Virus record (IMG/VR): IMGVR_UViG_3300037465_000124
Location: 1-35,654 of that record
Length of the DNA stretch: 35,654 nt
Source of the DNA: a virus
Taxonomy: Duplodnaviria > Caudoviricetes
Strand: one strand, 5' to 3'
Of this stretch, positions 8,696 to 18,254 are shown piece after piece (position 1 is the first letter of the stretch; each line of letters opens with the position of its first letter). The position numbers were made by a program, and so were the translations under genes. A model generated the notes under the pieces. It did not search any database. It was given only the letters and a program-made list of their open reading frames with translations, and was not told the DNA's origin.

Positions 8696-10113
8696 ACGTC
8701 CGCTGGCCGCCGCCGAACCGAGGCTGGCCCGCGCGACAGCGCGTCTCGACCGTCCGGCAGGCACTTACTCCGAGCGATGCGGTTGTCGAGACGCCGACGC
8801 CGGGAGGCGCAAGCACCGGCGGCACGGCACCCGTGGCGCTCGTCGCGGCCGTCATTGCAGGTGCGGTTGCGGCAGGTGTCGCCCCGCAGCCGACGGCGGC
8901 TGTTACCGCTGCCGGGGCAACCGTGCAAGGAGGCTCGGCAACGGCACAGGCGACGGCGATCCCGACTCCCGGCGGAAGCTCGGTCTTCGGCACATCGCCG
9001 AATCCGAACGCAGCCGTTCCGCAGGGTGGGGTGCCAGCGTCGGGAACGGGGCCGAGCGCACACGTGCTCACGGCCGCAGGCGGAGCGACCGCAGCAGGTA
9101 CGTCTCCAAGCGCGACCGCTACCGCCACCCCTACACCGGGAGGGACGCAGGCGGCGGGTATCTCGCCCAGCCCGACTGCCGCTGTCACCGTTGCGGGCGC
9201 GACTCTCGCAGGCAATGACCCGAGCGCACGAGTCGACGTCACGGCCGCAGGCGCGTCCGTCGGCGGGGTCGAGCCGGATCCCACCATCACGGTCGCTCCC
9301 GGCGGTGCGGTCGTCTCAGGACCCGATGCGAATGCGACGGCGAGCGCTGCACCGACGCCTGGCGGTAGCATCGTCGGAGGAAACGCTCCCACCCCAGCCG
9401 CGCTTTCCGCCGTCGGAGGTGCGAGCGGGGCTGGCTCGAGCCCGACCGCGAGCGTCTCCGTCACCGCAGCAGGACTCCTCGCGGGCGGAAACGCACCGGC
9501 GAGCGCGACGAGCATCGGCACGGGAGGAGCGACGGTCGGAGCAAATGCTCCTGCGCCCAGGATCAGCGTCACCATCGCCGTGCTCGTCGCCTCGGGTCAG
9601 GGGCCGGTCGCGATTGTCACGCTCACCGCTGGCGGGCTCGTCACCGGCGGGAACCCGCCGAGCGAAGGGGGGGTCGCCGAGACCCCCACGCCGGGCGGGG
9701 CGATCGTCGGCGGCGCCGGGCCCGCCGCACAGGTGGTCGCAGGTCAGGGCGGGTCCTCCGCCACTGGCTTCGCGCCCTCCCCGACCGTCACGCTCACGAT
9801 CGGTGGAGTCAGCGCCTCCGGCAATGACCCGAGCGCACAAGCGACGACCACCCCCACGCCCGCGGGTGCGAGCGTCGCCGGGCGAGCCCCGCAGCCAGTC
9901 GTCACGGTCAGCGCGGGGGGTGCCACGAGCTCGGGTAGCGGCGCCACTGTCCGCGTCACGCTCAGCGCTGGCGGGGTCGTCGTCGGCGGGCGCGAGCCCA
10001 CTGTCGGCGGGGTCGCGATCCAGCTCCTGCCCTTCGACCGCCCGAGTCCGCGCATGGAGGATCCGGCCACGGCGGACGCCAAGACGTTCGACAGCCCGAC
10101 TCCCCGCTTGTGA
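8692..10113 (+). CDS. Ala/Gly/Thr/Pro-rich repetitive fibre-like protein
   Basis: 473 aa with recurring ~20-aa TPTPGG..GG..P / V.AAGA..GG..P units; GTGA overlap. Confidence 0.7.
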   Translation: MNVRWPPPNRGWPARQRVSTVRQALTPSDAVVETPTPGGASTGGTAPVALVAAVIAGAVAAGVAPQPTAAVTAAGATVQGGSATAQATAIPTPGGSSVFGTSPNPNAAVPQGGVPASGTGPSAHVLTAAGGATAAGTSPSATATATPTPGGTQAAGISPSPTAAVTVAGATLAGNDPSARVDVTAAGASVGGVEPDPTITVAPGGAVVSGPDANATASAAPTPGGSIVGGNAPTPAALSAVGGASGAGSSPTASVSVTAAGLLAGGNAPASATSIGTGGATVGANAPAPRISVTIAVLVASGQGPVAIVTLTAGGLVTGGNPPSEGGVAETPTPGGAIVGGAGPAAQVVAGQGGSSATGFAPSPTVTLTIGGVSASGNDPSAQATTTPTPAGASVAGRAPQPVVTVSAGGATSSGSGATVRVTLSAGGVVVGGREPTVGGVAIQLLPFDRPSPRMEDPATADAKTFDSPTPRL

Positions 10114-10116
10114 CCG

Positions 10117-10124
10117 GACGATAG
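10117..10124 (+). promoter_or_regulatory. Start-associated motif variant GACGATAG, copy 5
   Basis: 10 nt to GTG 10135. Confidence 0.65.
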
Positions 10125-10134
10125 GCCACCTGCC

Positions 10135-11244
10135 GTGGTCATCACCGTCTACAAGGACAACCTCGCCCCGAGCCTCTTCGACACGATCCGCCAGGCCGGG
10201 GTGGCGTTCGACCTCGCAGGCTCCACGGTCAAGCTCCAGGCACGCGAGGAGGACGGCACCGCGCTCGTCATCGACGCGGCGGCCACCATCATCACCGCCT
10301 CGACCACGCTCTCCGCGGAGACGGTACTGCCTGAGCCGACGATCACGGTCGCGGACGCAAGCGGGTTCCTGGCCTCGGGCGCGCTCTCTGTCGGCGGCCA
10401 GATCGTCGAGTACGACGAGATCTCGGGCAAGACCTTCCTCGGTTGCCGCGGCGGGGAGGGGACGATCGCCTCCGGCGCGACCGTCACCCAGCGCGGCGGC
10501 GTCCGTTACGACTGGGTCGCAGCCGACGTCGATACGGCGGTCGAGCTCGAGGCGTGGTGGCGGGTCACGCTCGCTTCGGGGAAGGTGCAGGAGAGCCCGC
10601 CGTTCCAGATCGTCGTCGTCGACCCGCTCGCGGTTCAGAAGGGTCTGTGCGAGCTCTCGGACGTGATCTCCTACGCGCCGCGCTACCGGAGCGAGCGTAC
10701 GACCGACGCGCTGCTCGAGCGGATGATCCTCGCCGAGTCGCGGATGATCCAGCGTGAGACGGGACGCGAGTTCCTGGCGCTCTCTCCGGCCGTGAACCCG
10801 CGCCGCTTCGATCTCACCCTCTGGCATGTGCGCCACCGAAAGGTCTACATCGGGGACGCGGCCGCTGTCACGACGGTGAAGGTGATCGACTATGACCAAT
10901 CGACCGTGGTCGAGACGATCGCTTCGACCAACTACGTGCTCATGCCGCGGGTCAGGGACACGACCTGGGAGCCGATCACCGCGCTCCACTTCCCGCCGCA
11001 GAGTCCCGATCCCGCCGACCTGTATGTGGGCCGGGTGCTCGAAGTGGATGGGACGTGGGGGTTTCCGGCGGTCCCCGACGACATTCGTGAGGCGTGCGCC
11101 AAGCTCGTCGTTGCCCGCTATGCCTTCGACGTCGCGAGCGCCGGCACGCAGCTCGCGGAAGCGCTGGACGCAGTCAACGTGGGCGCTCTCTTCGCGTCTG
11201 GGCGAGCAGTTGTGGAGAGCTACCGGACGCTCCTGGCTGCCTGA
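10135..11244 (+). CDS. Head-tail adaptor-like protein with an extra BppU-like N-terminal domain
   Basis: C-terminal half has adaptor motifs (ESRMIQRETGREF, R.FD, GTWGFPAVPDDIREAC); N-terminal half has FDLAGSTVKL and GGVRYDWVAADVDT. Confidence 0.7.
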   Translation: MVITVYKDNLAPSLFDTIRQAGVAFDLAGSTVKLQAREEDGTALVIDAAATIITASTTLSAETVLPEPTITVADASGFLASGALSVGGQIVEYDEISGKTFLGCRGGEGTIASGATVTQRGGVRYDWVAADVDTAVELEAWWRVTLASGKVQESPPFQIVVVDPLAVQKGLCELSDVISYAPRYRSERTTDALLERMILAESRMIQRETGREFLALSPAVNPRRFDLTLWHVRHRKVYIGDAAAVTTVKVIDYDQSTVVETIASTNYVLMPRVRDTTWEPITALHFPPQSPDPADLYVGRVLEVDGTWGFPAVPDDIREACAKLVVARYAFDVASAGTQLAEALDAVNVGALFASGRAVVESYRTLLAA

Positions 11245-11681
11245 TGCCGCTCGTCGCCTCCAACCTCATCACCGACTGGCGACGCGCGCTCATCAGTGAG
11301 CTTCGCAGCGCGTATCCACAGGCGCTCGTGGAATCGAAGCGACGGAGCGGCGTCAACAAGGACGCGCAGGCCCGCATTGCGATCTTCTTCGACGGCTATG
11401 ACGAGGAGGCGGGCCGCGTGAGCGTCGCGCGCCCGCAGATGATGATCCGGTACTGGCCGCCGCGCTCGGACATCGAGACTTCCGATGATCCGACCGAGCT
11501 CGAGCAGGCCGCCTATGACCTCGTGAGGCTGCTCGAGGACCGCATGAAGCAGGTGGAGATCGCGGTCGACGATCTCTGGTACTTCCGCGTCGTCTCGGCA
11601 CAGACAGACGATGACCCAACCGAGTGGGGCGTGGAGCTCCGGCTGGTCGGGTTCGCGCGCAACATCGCGGTGCCTGCGTGA
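11244..11681 (+). CDS. Neck/tail-completion protein (putative)
   Basis: Position and size; TGATG overlap. Confidence 0.55.
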   Translation: MPLVASNLITDWRRALISELRSAYPQALVESKRRSGVNKDAQARIAIFFDGYDEEAGRVSVARPQMMIRYWPPRSDIETSDDPTELEQAAYDLVRLLEDRMKQVEIAVDDLWYFRVVSAQTDDDPTEWGVELRLVGFARNIAVPA

Positions 11682-12106
11682 TCTCTGCCCGCGTCTCGAT
11701 CGAGCGCGGCTGGGGTGACCGCTTCGCCCGCCGCATCGAGCAGCAGGTTCCGGGGCTCCTGCGCGCGGCAGCAGAGGAGGGCGCAAAGGTGGCAAGCGAC
11801 GCCTCTCGGTCGCGACAGCGCACTGGGAAGATGGCGAAGATGGAGGTGCTGCCGGCGCGCGAGACACCTCGCGGCTTCCAGGGCGGCTTCCGCTCGCGCG
11901 CCTGGTATGCGGGCTTCCAGTCATACGGGACGAAGGGACAGCGGAACCGCCGCGTCTCGGCCGCCACGCTTCGTCGCCGCCAGTCCTCCTCGGAGCAGGC
12001 GCGGCAGAGCTCCAGCCTCGGGATCTCTCCGCTCGGGTTCCTCGAGAAGGGTAGAACCGCGATGCGGCGAGCCTTGATCGCGAGGTTGAACCGGCTCCGC
12101 CGATAG
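11678..12106 (+). CDS. HK97 gp10-like neck protein (putative)
   Basis: Basic protein with RTGKM..., YAGFQSYGT and FL motifs; GTGA overlap. Confidence 0.6.
   Translation: MISARVSIERGWGDRFARRIEQQVPGLLRAAAEEGAKVASDASRSRQRTGKMAKMEVLPARETPRGFQGGFRSRAWYAGFQSYGTKGQRNRRVSAATLRRRQSSSEQARQSSSLGISPLGFLEKGRTAMRRALIARLNRLRR
12099..12106 (+). promoter_or_regulatory. Start-associated motif GCCGATAG, copy 6
   Basis: 8 nt to GTG 12115; its TAG is also the upstream stop codon. Confidence 0.75.
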
Positions 12107-12114
12107 GCGCGGGC

Positions 12115-12291
12115 GTGAAGGCGACATACACCTTCGCTGGTGAGCAGGGCCACTTCGCGACGACCGCCGCGGACGGGTCGCTCATCCTCATTGAGGCGAG
12201 CAAGAACTTTTCGACGAGCGATCCAAAGCTGATCGCCGAGCTCGACGCTCAGCCCTCCGTCAAGCGCGTCAAGGCAGAGAAGGAGGACTGA
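12115..12291 (+). CDS. Small hypothetical protein (58 aa), not in the ORF track
   Basis: MKATYTFAGEQGHFATTAADGSLILIEASKNFSTSDPKLIAELDAQPSVKRVKAEKED; fills the gap before the tail tube gene. Confidence 0.7.
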   Translation: MKATYTFAGEQGHFATTAADGSLILIEASKNFSTSDPKLIAELDAQPSVKRVKAEKED

Positions 12292-12292
12292 G

Positions 12293-13264
12293 GTGGCAGG
12301 CCACGCGGGAAACTTCTTCACCGCTGCGATTGGTAGGCAGTCGGCCAAGGGCACGCCGCAGACGACGCCCAAGTTCAAGTTGCGCGTCACCGGCGACATC
12401 GTCGATCCGACCGTCCAGATCCTCGATCTGCCCGAGACTGACTCCTCGATCCAGCGCTCGAAGGCGATCAAGGTCGGGGAGATCATCGAAGGCAACCTCA
12501 CTGGGTTCGTGCGCGCGGACGAGTTCGGATTCATTGCCTACCTGCACATGGGGGCTGTCACCACCACAGGCACGAGCCCGTACACGCACACGATCACCGC
12601 TGCCACGCACCTCCCATACGCGACGATGTACAACGCGTTCGACTCGACGGCGCTCGTCTCGCGCATGGCGGACTGTCGGCTCGGATCGCTCAGCGTCTCG
12701 GGTGGCGCGGGGCAGGCGCTCACCTACACCGCCGGCGTGTTCGGCCTCGTCCAGCTCGAAGGCGAGACCGATCCGGTGCTCGCACCCTCCACGTTCGAGC
12801 CGCTCGTGTACCCGAACGTGACCGTGACCTACAACTCGGCCACGACGGACATCGTGGAGTCGTTCACGCTCAACTCCGAGCGGGCGACCACGATCATCCA
12901 GGGCGACACCGGCATGGCAGCCTCGGACTCGGTCACCGGCCGCTGGGGGGTCACGGGCACGCTCCGCGTCCTCTTCGAGACGGACGCGATCTGGCGTGAC
13001 TTCCTCACCGGCACGACGAGCGGCACGACGCACTCGCAGACGATCAACACGGTTCCGCTCAACATCCTCGCCTCGCGCAATGCCACCAACGACGAGGTGT
13101 CCTTCGACGTCAACTCGGCGGAGATCCGAAACGTGTCGCTCGTTCCCGATCCCTCCGGAGCGCCGCTCTTCTACGACATCGAGTGGTCGGCGTTCCCAGA
13201 CCCGACGATCGCGAACACGCTCGAAATCGTCGCCAAGAACCTCACCGCCTCGTACACGGCATGA
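12293..13264 (+). CDS. Major tail (tube) protein
   Basis: SD AGGAGG; IGRQSAKGTP, PYTHTIT; position before chaperone and tape measure. Confidence 0.8.
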   Translation: MAGHAGNFFTAAIGRQSAKGTPQTTPKFKLRVTGDIVDPTVQILDLPETDSSIQRSKAIKVGEIIEGNLTGFVRADEFGFIAYLHMGAVTTTGTSPYTHTITAATHLPYATMYNAFDSTALVSRMADCRLGSLSVSGGAGQALTYTAGVFGLVQLEGETDPVLAPSTFEPLVYPNVTVTYNSATTDIVESFTLNSERATTIIQGDTGMAASDSVTGRWGVTGTLRVLFETDAIWRDFLTGTTSGTTHSQTINTVPLNILASRNATNDEVSFDVNSAEIRNVSLVPDPSGAPLFYDIEWSAFPDPTIANTLEIVAKNLTASYTA

Positions 13265-13443
13265 GCGAGTCGGTGGAGGTACAGCGGCTCCGGCAGATGC
13301 TCAAGGCCGCCCGACCGCTCCTGCGCGAGCTCGCGATCGCGTGCGCGCGTGCGGAGGAGGAGCTCGACCGTCTCGCCCAACACGCACAGCCACAGGAGGC
13401 ACAGCATGGGCACGAACGCAATCTCGAGCGCTGCATCGCTTAG
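13261..13443 (+). CDS. Small hypothetical protein
   Basis: ATGA overlap with tail tube stop; helical sequence. Confidence 0.45.
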   Translation: MSESVEVQRLRQMLKAARPLLRELAIACARAEEELDRLAQHAQPQEAQHGHERNLERCIA

Positions 13444-14008
13444 CGGCTGGCGGGCGCGAGCGCTCCACACAATCACGCTCCCCTCGGGACAGCGCGTCCG
13501 CATCCGTCTCCCTGGCATCGCCACCCTGCTCGAGCACGGCGACCTCTCGGAGGAGCTGTTCGAGATCGCGATTGCCGAGCTGACGGACACGATCTCCGTC
13601 CCCGGCATCGACAGTCCCTCGGTCATCCCCGGCTCGGTGCAGTGGGCGACGAAGGAAGTCACGACCGAGGAGAAGCTCAAGCGGATCGCGACCTACGGCC
13701 GCTTCCAGCGTGAGCTCGTGTGCGTCGCCGTCGAGGAGATCGAGGTGGACGGCGAGTGGCAGCCGTTCAAGCTCGCTCTCGATGACCTCGACGCGCTGCC
13801 CGAGGACGACCTGTCCCTGATCGCGGACATCGTGCAGCGGATCCGCTTCCGCGATGCGAGGGGGGTGAGGATCGGCGTCGAGCCTCTCGAGCGCTGGGCC
13901 ACCTTTCGTCAGGGGCACAAGGGAATCGCCTGCACGGGCGACGAGGATTGCCCAGGGTGCGAGAGCGTCCGGCAGTCCTTTTCCTCGCTTGACCTGGATC
14001 CGGTGTGA
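13406..14008 (+). CDS. Tail assembly chaperone (G-like)
   Basis: SD AGGAGG then ATG 13406; HTITLPSGQRVRIR; between tail tube and tape measure. Confidence 0.75.
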   Translation: MGTNAISSAASLSGWRARALHTITLPSGQRVRIRLPGIATLLEHGDLSEELFEIAIAELTDTISVPGIDSPSVIPGSVQWATKEVTTEEKLKRIATYGRFQRELVCVAVEEIEVDGEWQPFKLALDDLDALPEDDLSLIADIVQRIRFRDARGVRIGVEPLERWATFRQGHKGIACTGDEDCPGCESVRQSFSSLDLDPV

Positions 14009-14216
14009 GTGCGGGTGCGGCTGGGAGGGCGAGGACGAGGTGACGCAATGGCTGATCGAGGAGGCGGCGTTCGCAGCACTCGATCTGTGGATGGCCGCTG
14101 AGCGCTCGGGCCGAAACGCCGAATGGCGGGCGCAGGAGCAGCTACAGGCGCGGCACGCCGAGATGCTGGCGCTCCGCGAGGGGCTGCGTGGGGAGGTGAG
14201 TGATGGCGTTCGGTGA
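13905..14216 (+). CDS. Tail assembly chaperone extension (T-like), probably reached by a +1 frameshift
   Basis: Frame is +1 relative to the chaperone, open from 13869 to 14216; candidate shift site ACC TTT CGT at 13901-13909. Confidence 0.5.
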   Translation, partial: FVRGTRESPARATRIAQGARASGSPFPRLTWIRCECGCGWEGEDEVTQWLIEEAAFAALDLWMAAERSGRNAEWRAQEQLQARHAEMLALREGLRGEVSDGVR

Positions 14217-16677
14217 CTCCCTGCGGCCCTCGGACGGCGCCTCCGTCGTCCTGCACGTCGATACGAGCCAGACGGCGAAGCTCGAGCAGGCCGAGCGCCA
14301 GTGGGCCGAGTCGGTCGGCACCATGTCGCGAGAGGCGCTCAAACTCGACCTCGCGCAGGAGCGCCTACGCAAGACGCTGACCCAGTACGGCGCCGAATCG
14401 TCGCAGGCCAAGCGGGCGACGATCGCGCTCCGGGACGCAGAGGCCCAGGCGGGCAACGCCGCCGATCGCACGACCCGTGACTTCCAAGAGCAGGCACGCG
14501 CGCTCGGACGGCTGACGCGGGGTGCGGTTGCCGGCTCAGGTGCGTTCCGCGGGTTCGGGCGGATGATCGCATTCGCGAGTGCCTCCTTCCTCGGGGGCGC
14601 AGGGTTCGTGTATGCAATCCGGCAGGCGCTGAACGCATCCCGAGACTACAACGAGGAAGTCTCGAAGACACGCGAGGTGTTCGGCGCCGTTGCTCCTCAG
14701 GTGATGGACTTCGCCAACAACGCGCTCGGGCTGGCAAAGGATCAGGCGCTCGGCGCCGCATCCTCGCTCGGGGCGCTGCTGCGTCCGATCGGACTCCTCG
14801 AGCGTGACTCGGCCAAGGTATCGGTGACGCTCACCAAGCTCGGCGTCGATCTTGCCTCCTTCTACAACACCTCCGTCCAGGATGCTCTGGATGCGATCCG
14901 TTCCGGGCTCATCGGAGAGGCAGAGCCCCTTCGCCGCTACGGCGTGCTGCTCTCGGAGACGCGGGTACAGCAACTCGCGATGGCGCAGTCCGGCACGACG
15001 AACGCGAAGGAGCTGACGAATCAGGAAAAGGCACTCGCGCGAGTGGCGATCATCCTCCGCGACACGAAGCTCGCTGCGGGCGACTACTCGCGGACGATCG
15101 ACGGTGTCGCAAACCAGGAGCGCGAGGTTCAGAAGCACTGGCGGAATACGCAGATCCTACTCGGCGAGGCTCTCCGGCCCGCCTATCTTGAAATCCTGCG
15201 GACGGTCAACGACTGGCTCGGGGATGCCGAGAACCAACGCGCGTTGCAGGAGCGCCTGAACACGGTGATGGAGACGGGCGAGAAGGTCGTGCGCGGGTTC
15301 GGGGGTGCAATCGAACTCGTCGCCGACTGGCTTCGCCCGCTCGTCGAGCTGCTCGGCGGGGCCGAAAACGCGGCCAAGCTCTTCCTGCTCGCACTTGCGG
15401 CTCGGAAGTTGCTCGCGATCACGGGTGCGGTGCGTGGCCTGCAACTTGCGATCAGAGTGCTCGGCCCGACTGCTGTCGCCTCGTCGGCCACGACCGTTGC
15501 CTCCATGAACGCGATCGGCGCGGCGGCGGCGATCAACGCGATTCGTGTCGGGACGCTCCGCACGGCTCTGCTCGGACTCGGCAGGGCATCCCTCATAGGG
15601 GGAGTCGTCGCTGCTGGGGCCGCCGTGGCGGTAGCTGGCATTAAGGGACTCAACGAAGCGGAGAAGGCGGCTGGCCTGCAGGGGTGGACGGCGAGCGACA
15701 TCGCGAATGTCATGGAACGCCAGTCAGGGCCAGAGGTGTGGCGTAAGACGTGGGCCAACATGCAATCAGCCACGCGGCGTGCAGTCGAGGCCGAGCTTCG
15801 TAGGCGGGGGCGTGTCGACATCTTGGCTGCAGTCGGAGCGGGGGGCGCAGCCGTTCGAGGATCGCAGGCGAGTCCGGACACGCTCGATCTGCGTCGCGTG
15901 GGCCGGACTCCTGTCACGGCTCCCGCCGAGAAGCCACCTCCCAGACGACGCGGAGGCGAGCGCCGCACGCTCGAGGACATCCTGCTCGACCAGGCGCGGG
16001 CGAGTGTGACACCGGGCATGGCAGACGACGTGCGCTTCCTGCGCGAGGAGCAGGCGCTCCTGCAACGGCAGATCGCGATGCTCGAGGCCCGCCGCAACAA
16101 GACGGCCGAGCAAAAGCAGGAGCTCACGCGCCTCTACCAACAGCTCCGCGGCGTCCAGTCCGAGCTCGACTCGATCGCCGAAGCGGAGGAGAAGCTACTC
16201 GCCGACCAGCGGGCAAAGGCAGCCAAGCGCCGGGAGGCGGCACGCGAGCGGGAGGCGCAGCGGATGGCGCGCCTACACGAGGCCGCTGCTCGCCGTGCCG
16301 AAGCACGAGCGGATCTCTTCGCGCAGGCGCAGCTCGGACGCCATGGCTGGAACCGTGTAGGCATGCGCCGGGCAGCCCTCGCCGGGCTCGCACGCTCCGA
16401 GCAGCGCGCCGTCCAGGGAGCAGCCGCCGACTTCAACCGGCTCGCAGTCGAGTTCCTGAGCGGCCTGCAGGGCGCCGGCAACCAGTTCGGCTCGAACATC
16501 GGCGGCGACTGGCAGGTAGGCGGCGGGGAGACGGCGACGAACACGTGGGTGACGGCGCAGCTCACCCGCGAGCAGAACCGGTTGTTGCGTGAGCTCACGC
16601 GCGGGGTCGCGCATCCGGGCGCGAAATTCGCGCGCACCGAGCTCATGCAGGCGCTCGGCGGGATGGGTGGGCTGTAG
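14200..16677 (+). CDS. Tape measure protein
   Basis: 825 aa helical Ala-rich; DLASFYNTSVQDALDAIRSGLIGEAEPLRRYGV. Confidence 0.92.
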   Translation: MMAFGDSLRPSDGASVVLHVDTSQTAKLEQAERQWAESVGTMSREALKLDLAQERLRKTLTQYGAESSQAKRATIALRDAEAQAGNAADRTTRDFQEQARALGRLTRGAVAGSGAFRGFGRMIAFASASFLGGAGFVYAIRQALNASRDYNEEVSKTREVFGAVAPQVMDFANNALGLAKDQALGAASSLGALLRPIGLLERDSAKVSVTLTKLGVDLASFYNTSVQDALDAIRSGLIGEAEPLRRYGVLLSETRVQQLAMAQSGTTNAKELTNQEKALARVAIILRDTKLAAGDYSRTIDGVANQEREVQKHWRNTQILLGEALRPAYLEILRTVNDWLGDAENQRALQERLNTVMETGEKVVRGFGGAIELVADWLRPLVELLGGAENAAKLFLLALAARKLLAITGAVRGLQLAIRVLGPTAVASSATTVASMNAIGAAAAINAIRVGTLRTALLGLGRASLIGGVVAAGAAVAVAGIKGLNEAEKAAGLQGWTASDIANVMERQSGPEVWRKTWANMQSATRRAVEAELRRRGRVDILAAVGAGGAAVRGSQASPDTLDLRRVGRTPVTAPAEKPPPRRRGGERRTLEDILLDQARASVTPGMADDVRFLREEQALLQRQIAMLEARRNKTAEQKQELTRLYQQLRGVQSELDSIAEAEEKLLADQRAKAAKRREAAREREAQRMARLHEAAARRAEARADLFAQAQLGRHGWNRVGMRRAALAGLARSEQRAVQGAAADFNRLAVEFLSGLQGAGNQFGSNIGGDWQVGGGETATNTWVTAQLTREQNRLLRELTRGVAHPGAKFARTELMQALGGMGGL

Positions 16678-17097
16678 ATGGCCTCCTACTCGGACATCAC
16701 GACGCTCGTCACTTCCGGTGGCACGATCACCTTCAACGCTGCTACCGGGAATACGTACTGGATCGATCCGGCGCGCTCGGACGGCCTCGACAGCGTCCAG
16801 CTGCGGAAGCCGTTCGACAACAAGGGACAGGCGGACGGATTCCTCGTCCACGACGGATTCGAGGAGGGACTGCACCTCGTTCTCGCGGGCGTGCTCGTGG
16901 TGGACACGGTCGCAAACCGTGACACGCAGATCGCGAACCTGAAGGCGGCGCTTCGCTCGATCAAGTCGAGTACCGGCACGCTCAACTTCGGGGCGGGGGG
17001 CTCGCTCTCGGTCGAGTGGGAGCTCGGGGTCAGCTTCCCACAGTGGAACGGTTGGGTGAAGGGCTTTCGCTTCGGGCTCATCGCGGAGAACGCCTGA
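16678..17097 (+). CDS. Distal tail protein-like
   Basis: Position after tape measure; 139 aa. Confidence 0.6.
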   Translation: MASYSDITTLVTSGGTITFNAATGNTYWIDPARSDGLDSVQLRKPFDNKGQADGFLVHDGFEEGLHLVLAGVLVVDTVANRDTQIANLKAALRSIKSSTGTLNFGAGGSLSVEWELGVSFPQWNGWVKGFRFGLIAENA

Positions 17098-18254
17098 TGG
17101 GCGTCAGCGTCACGATTGACGGCGCGAACGCCACTCAGAACGTGCAGGAGGGCTCGGTCACGCACACGCTCAACGGCCGCTCGACGGCGAGCGTAAGGAT
17201 GCCGCTCGACTCCGCGACCGGCGCGATCCACTCGACGCTCTACATCACGACCGACGAGGGCGGCCCCTTCTTCGGCCGCGTCCAGCACGTCGACGAGCAG
17301 GGTGAGGAGAGCCACCCCGGCTACGTCGTCCTAACCGCCGTCGACCCGACGCACATCCTTGAGTACCGCCCGGCCCGTGATGCCGATGGCGACTTCTCCA
17401 AGCCCTCGTTCATGACCGCCTTTCCGCAGGGCCCGCAGATGCTGCAGGAGATCCTCGAGAACTCGATCACCTACGAAGGATCGCTCGGCTTCTCGCTCGG
17501 CACCTTCGCGACCGGCGGCGTCGATCTCTCCGGGCTTCCGACCGACTGGCCGATGACGATCGGGGAGATCGCGGGCCTGCTCACGCAGACGGGCGAGGTG
17601 GACATAGTGTTCACGCCCTCGCCAACAGGGGGGGTGCTCGACATCTACAACGGTGACTACGGAGCCGACCTCTCGGGTTCGGTGTCCTTCAGATACGCGA
17701 TGGGATCACTCTCGAACTGCCGCGCCGCCCGCCGCACGCTCGACGCGAGCGAGCTCATGAACAAGCTCTGGCTCTACCTGGGGCCGCGTAAGGGCACGAA
17801 GGCAGATCCAGCTGGTGACCAGCACTGGGAGGGGAACATCACCCGCGATCACCCCGACCTGCCGGGGCTCGCGGGCTTCGGCACCGTCTCGGCGCTGATC
17901 GACTCCTCGCGCGCCACCTACCTCGAGCGGATGCAGGTGCGAATCTTGGACGCCGACTACGCGATCGCGCACAAGATGTACCTGCATTGGTGGCTGCGCG
18001 AGTCGCTCATGCGCGCGCAGCCGAAGACGCTCGTACACCTGACGCCGCATCGGGGGATCGCGCCCTCGTTCGGGGTCGGCGACCTGATCCACGTCGAGGC
18101 GGGATCGTCCTTCCGCGGCGGCTTCTCGGGCGTGCAGCGGGTGTTCTCGTATACCTACCGTTGGGACACCGAAGGCGTGATCGAGCTGGGCGAGCCGGTT
18201 GGCCAGGCGGGGGCTCCCGCGATTGTCACCTCGTCCGATCAGGAGGCGATATGA
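17097..18254 (+). CDS. Minor tail/baseplate hub protein
   Basis: TGATG overlap; FGVGDLIHV OB-fold-like end. Confidence 0.7.
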   Translation: MGVSVTIDGANATQNVQEGSVTHTLNGRSTASVRMPLDSATGAIHSTLYITTDEGGPFFGRVQHVDEQGEESHPGYVVLTAVDPTHILEYRPARDADGDFSKPSFMTAFPQGPQMLQEILENSITYEGSLGFSLGTFATGGVDLSGLPTDWPMTIGEIAGLLTQTGEVDIVFTPSPTGGVLDIYNGDYGADLSGSVSFRYAMGSLSNCRAARRTLDASELMNKLWLYLGPRKGTKADPAGDQHWEGNITRDHPDLPGLAGFGTVSALIDSSRATYLERMQVRILDADYAIAHKMYLHWWLRESLMRAQPKTLVHLTPHRGIAPSFGVGDLIHVEAGSSFRGGFSGVQRVFSYTYRWDTEGVIELGEPVGQAGAPAIVTSSDQEAI

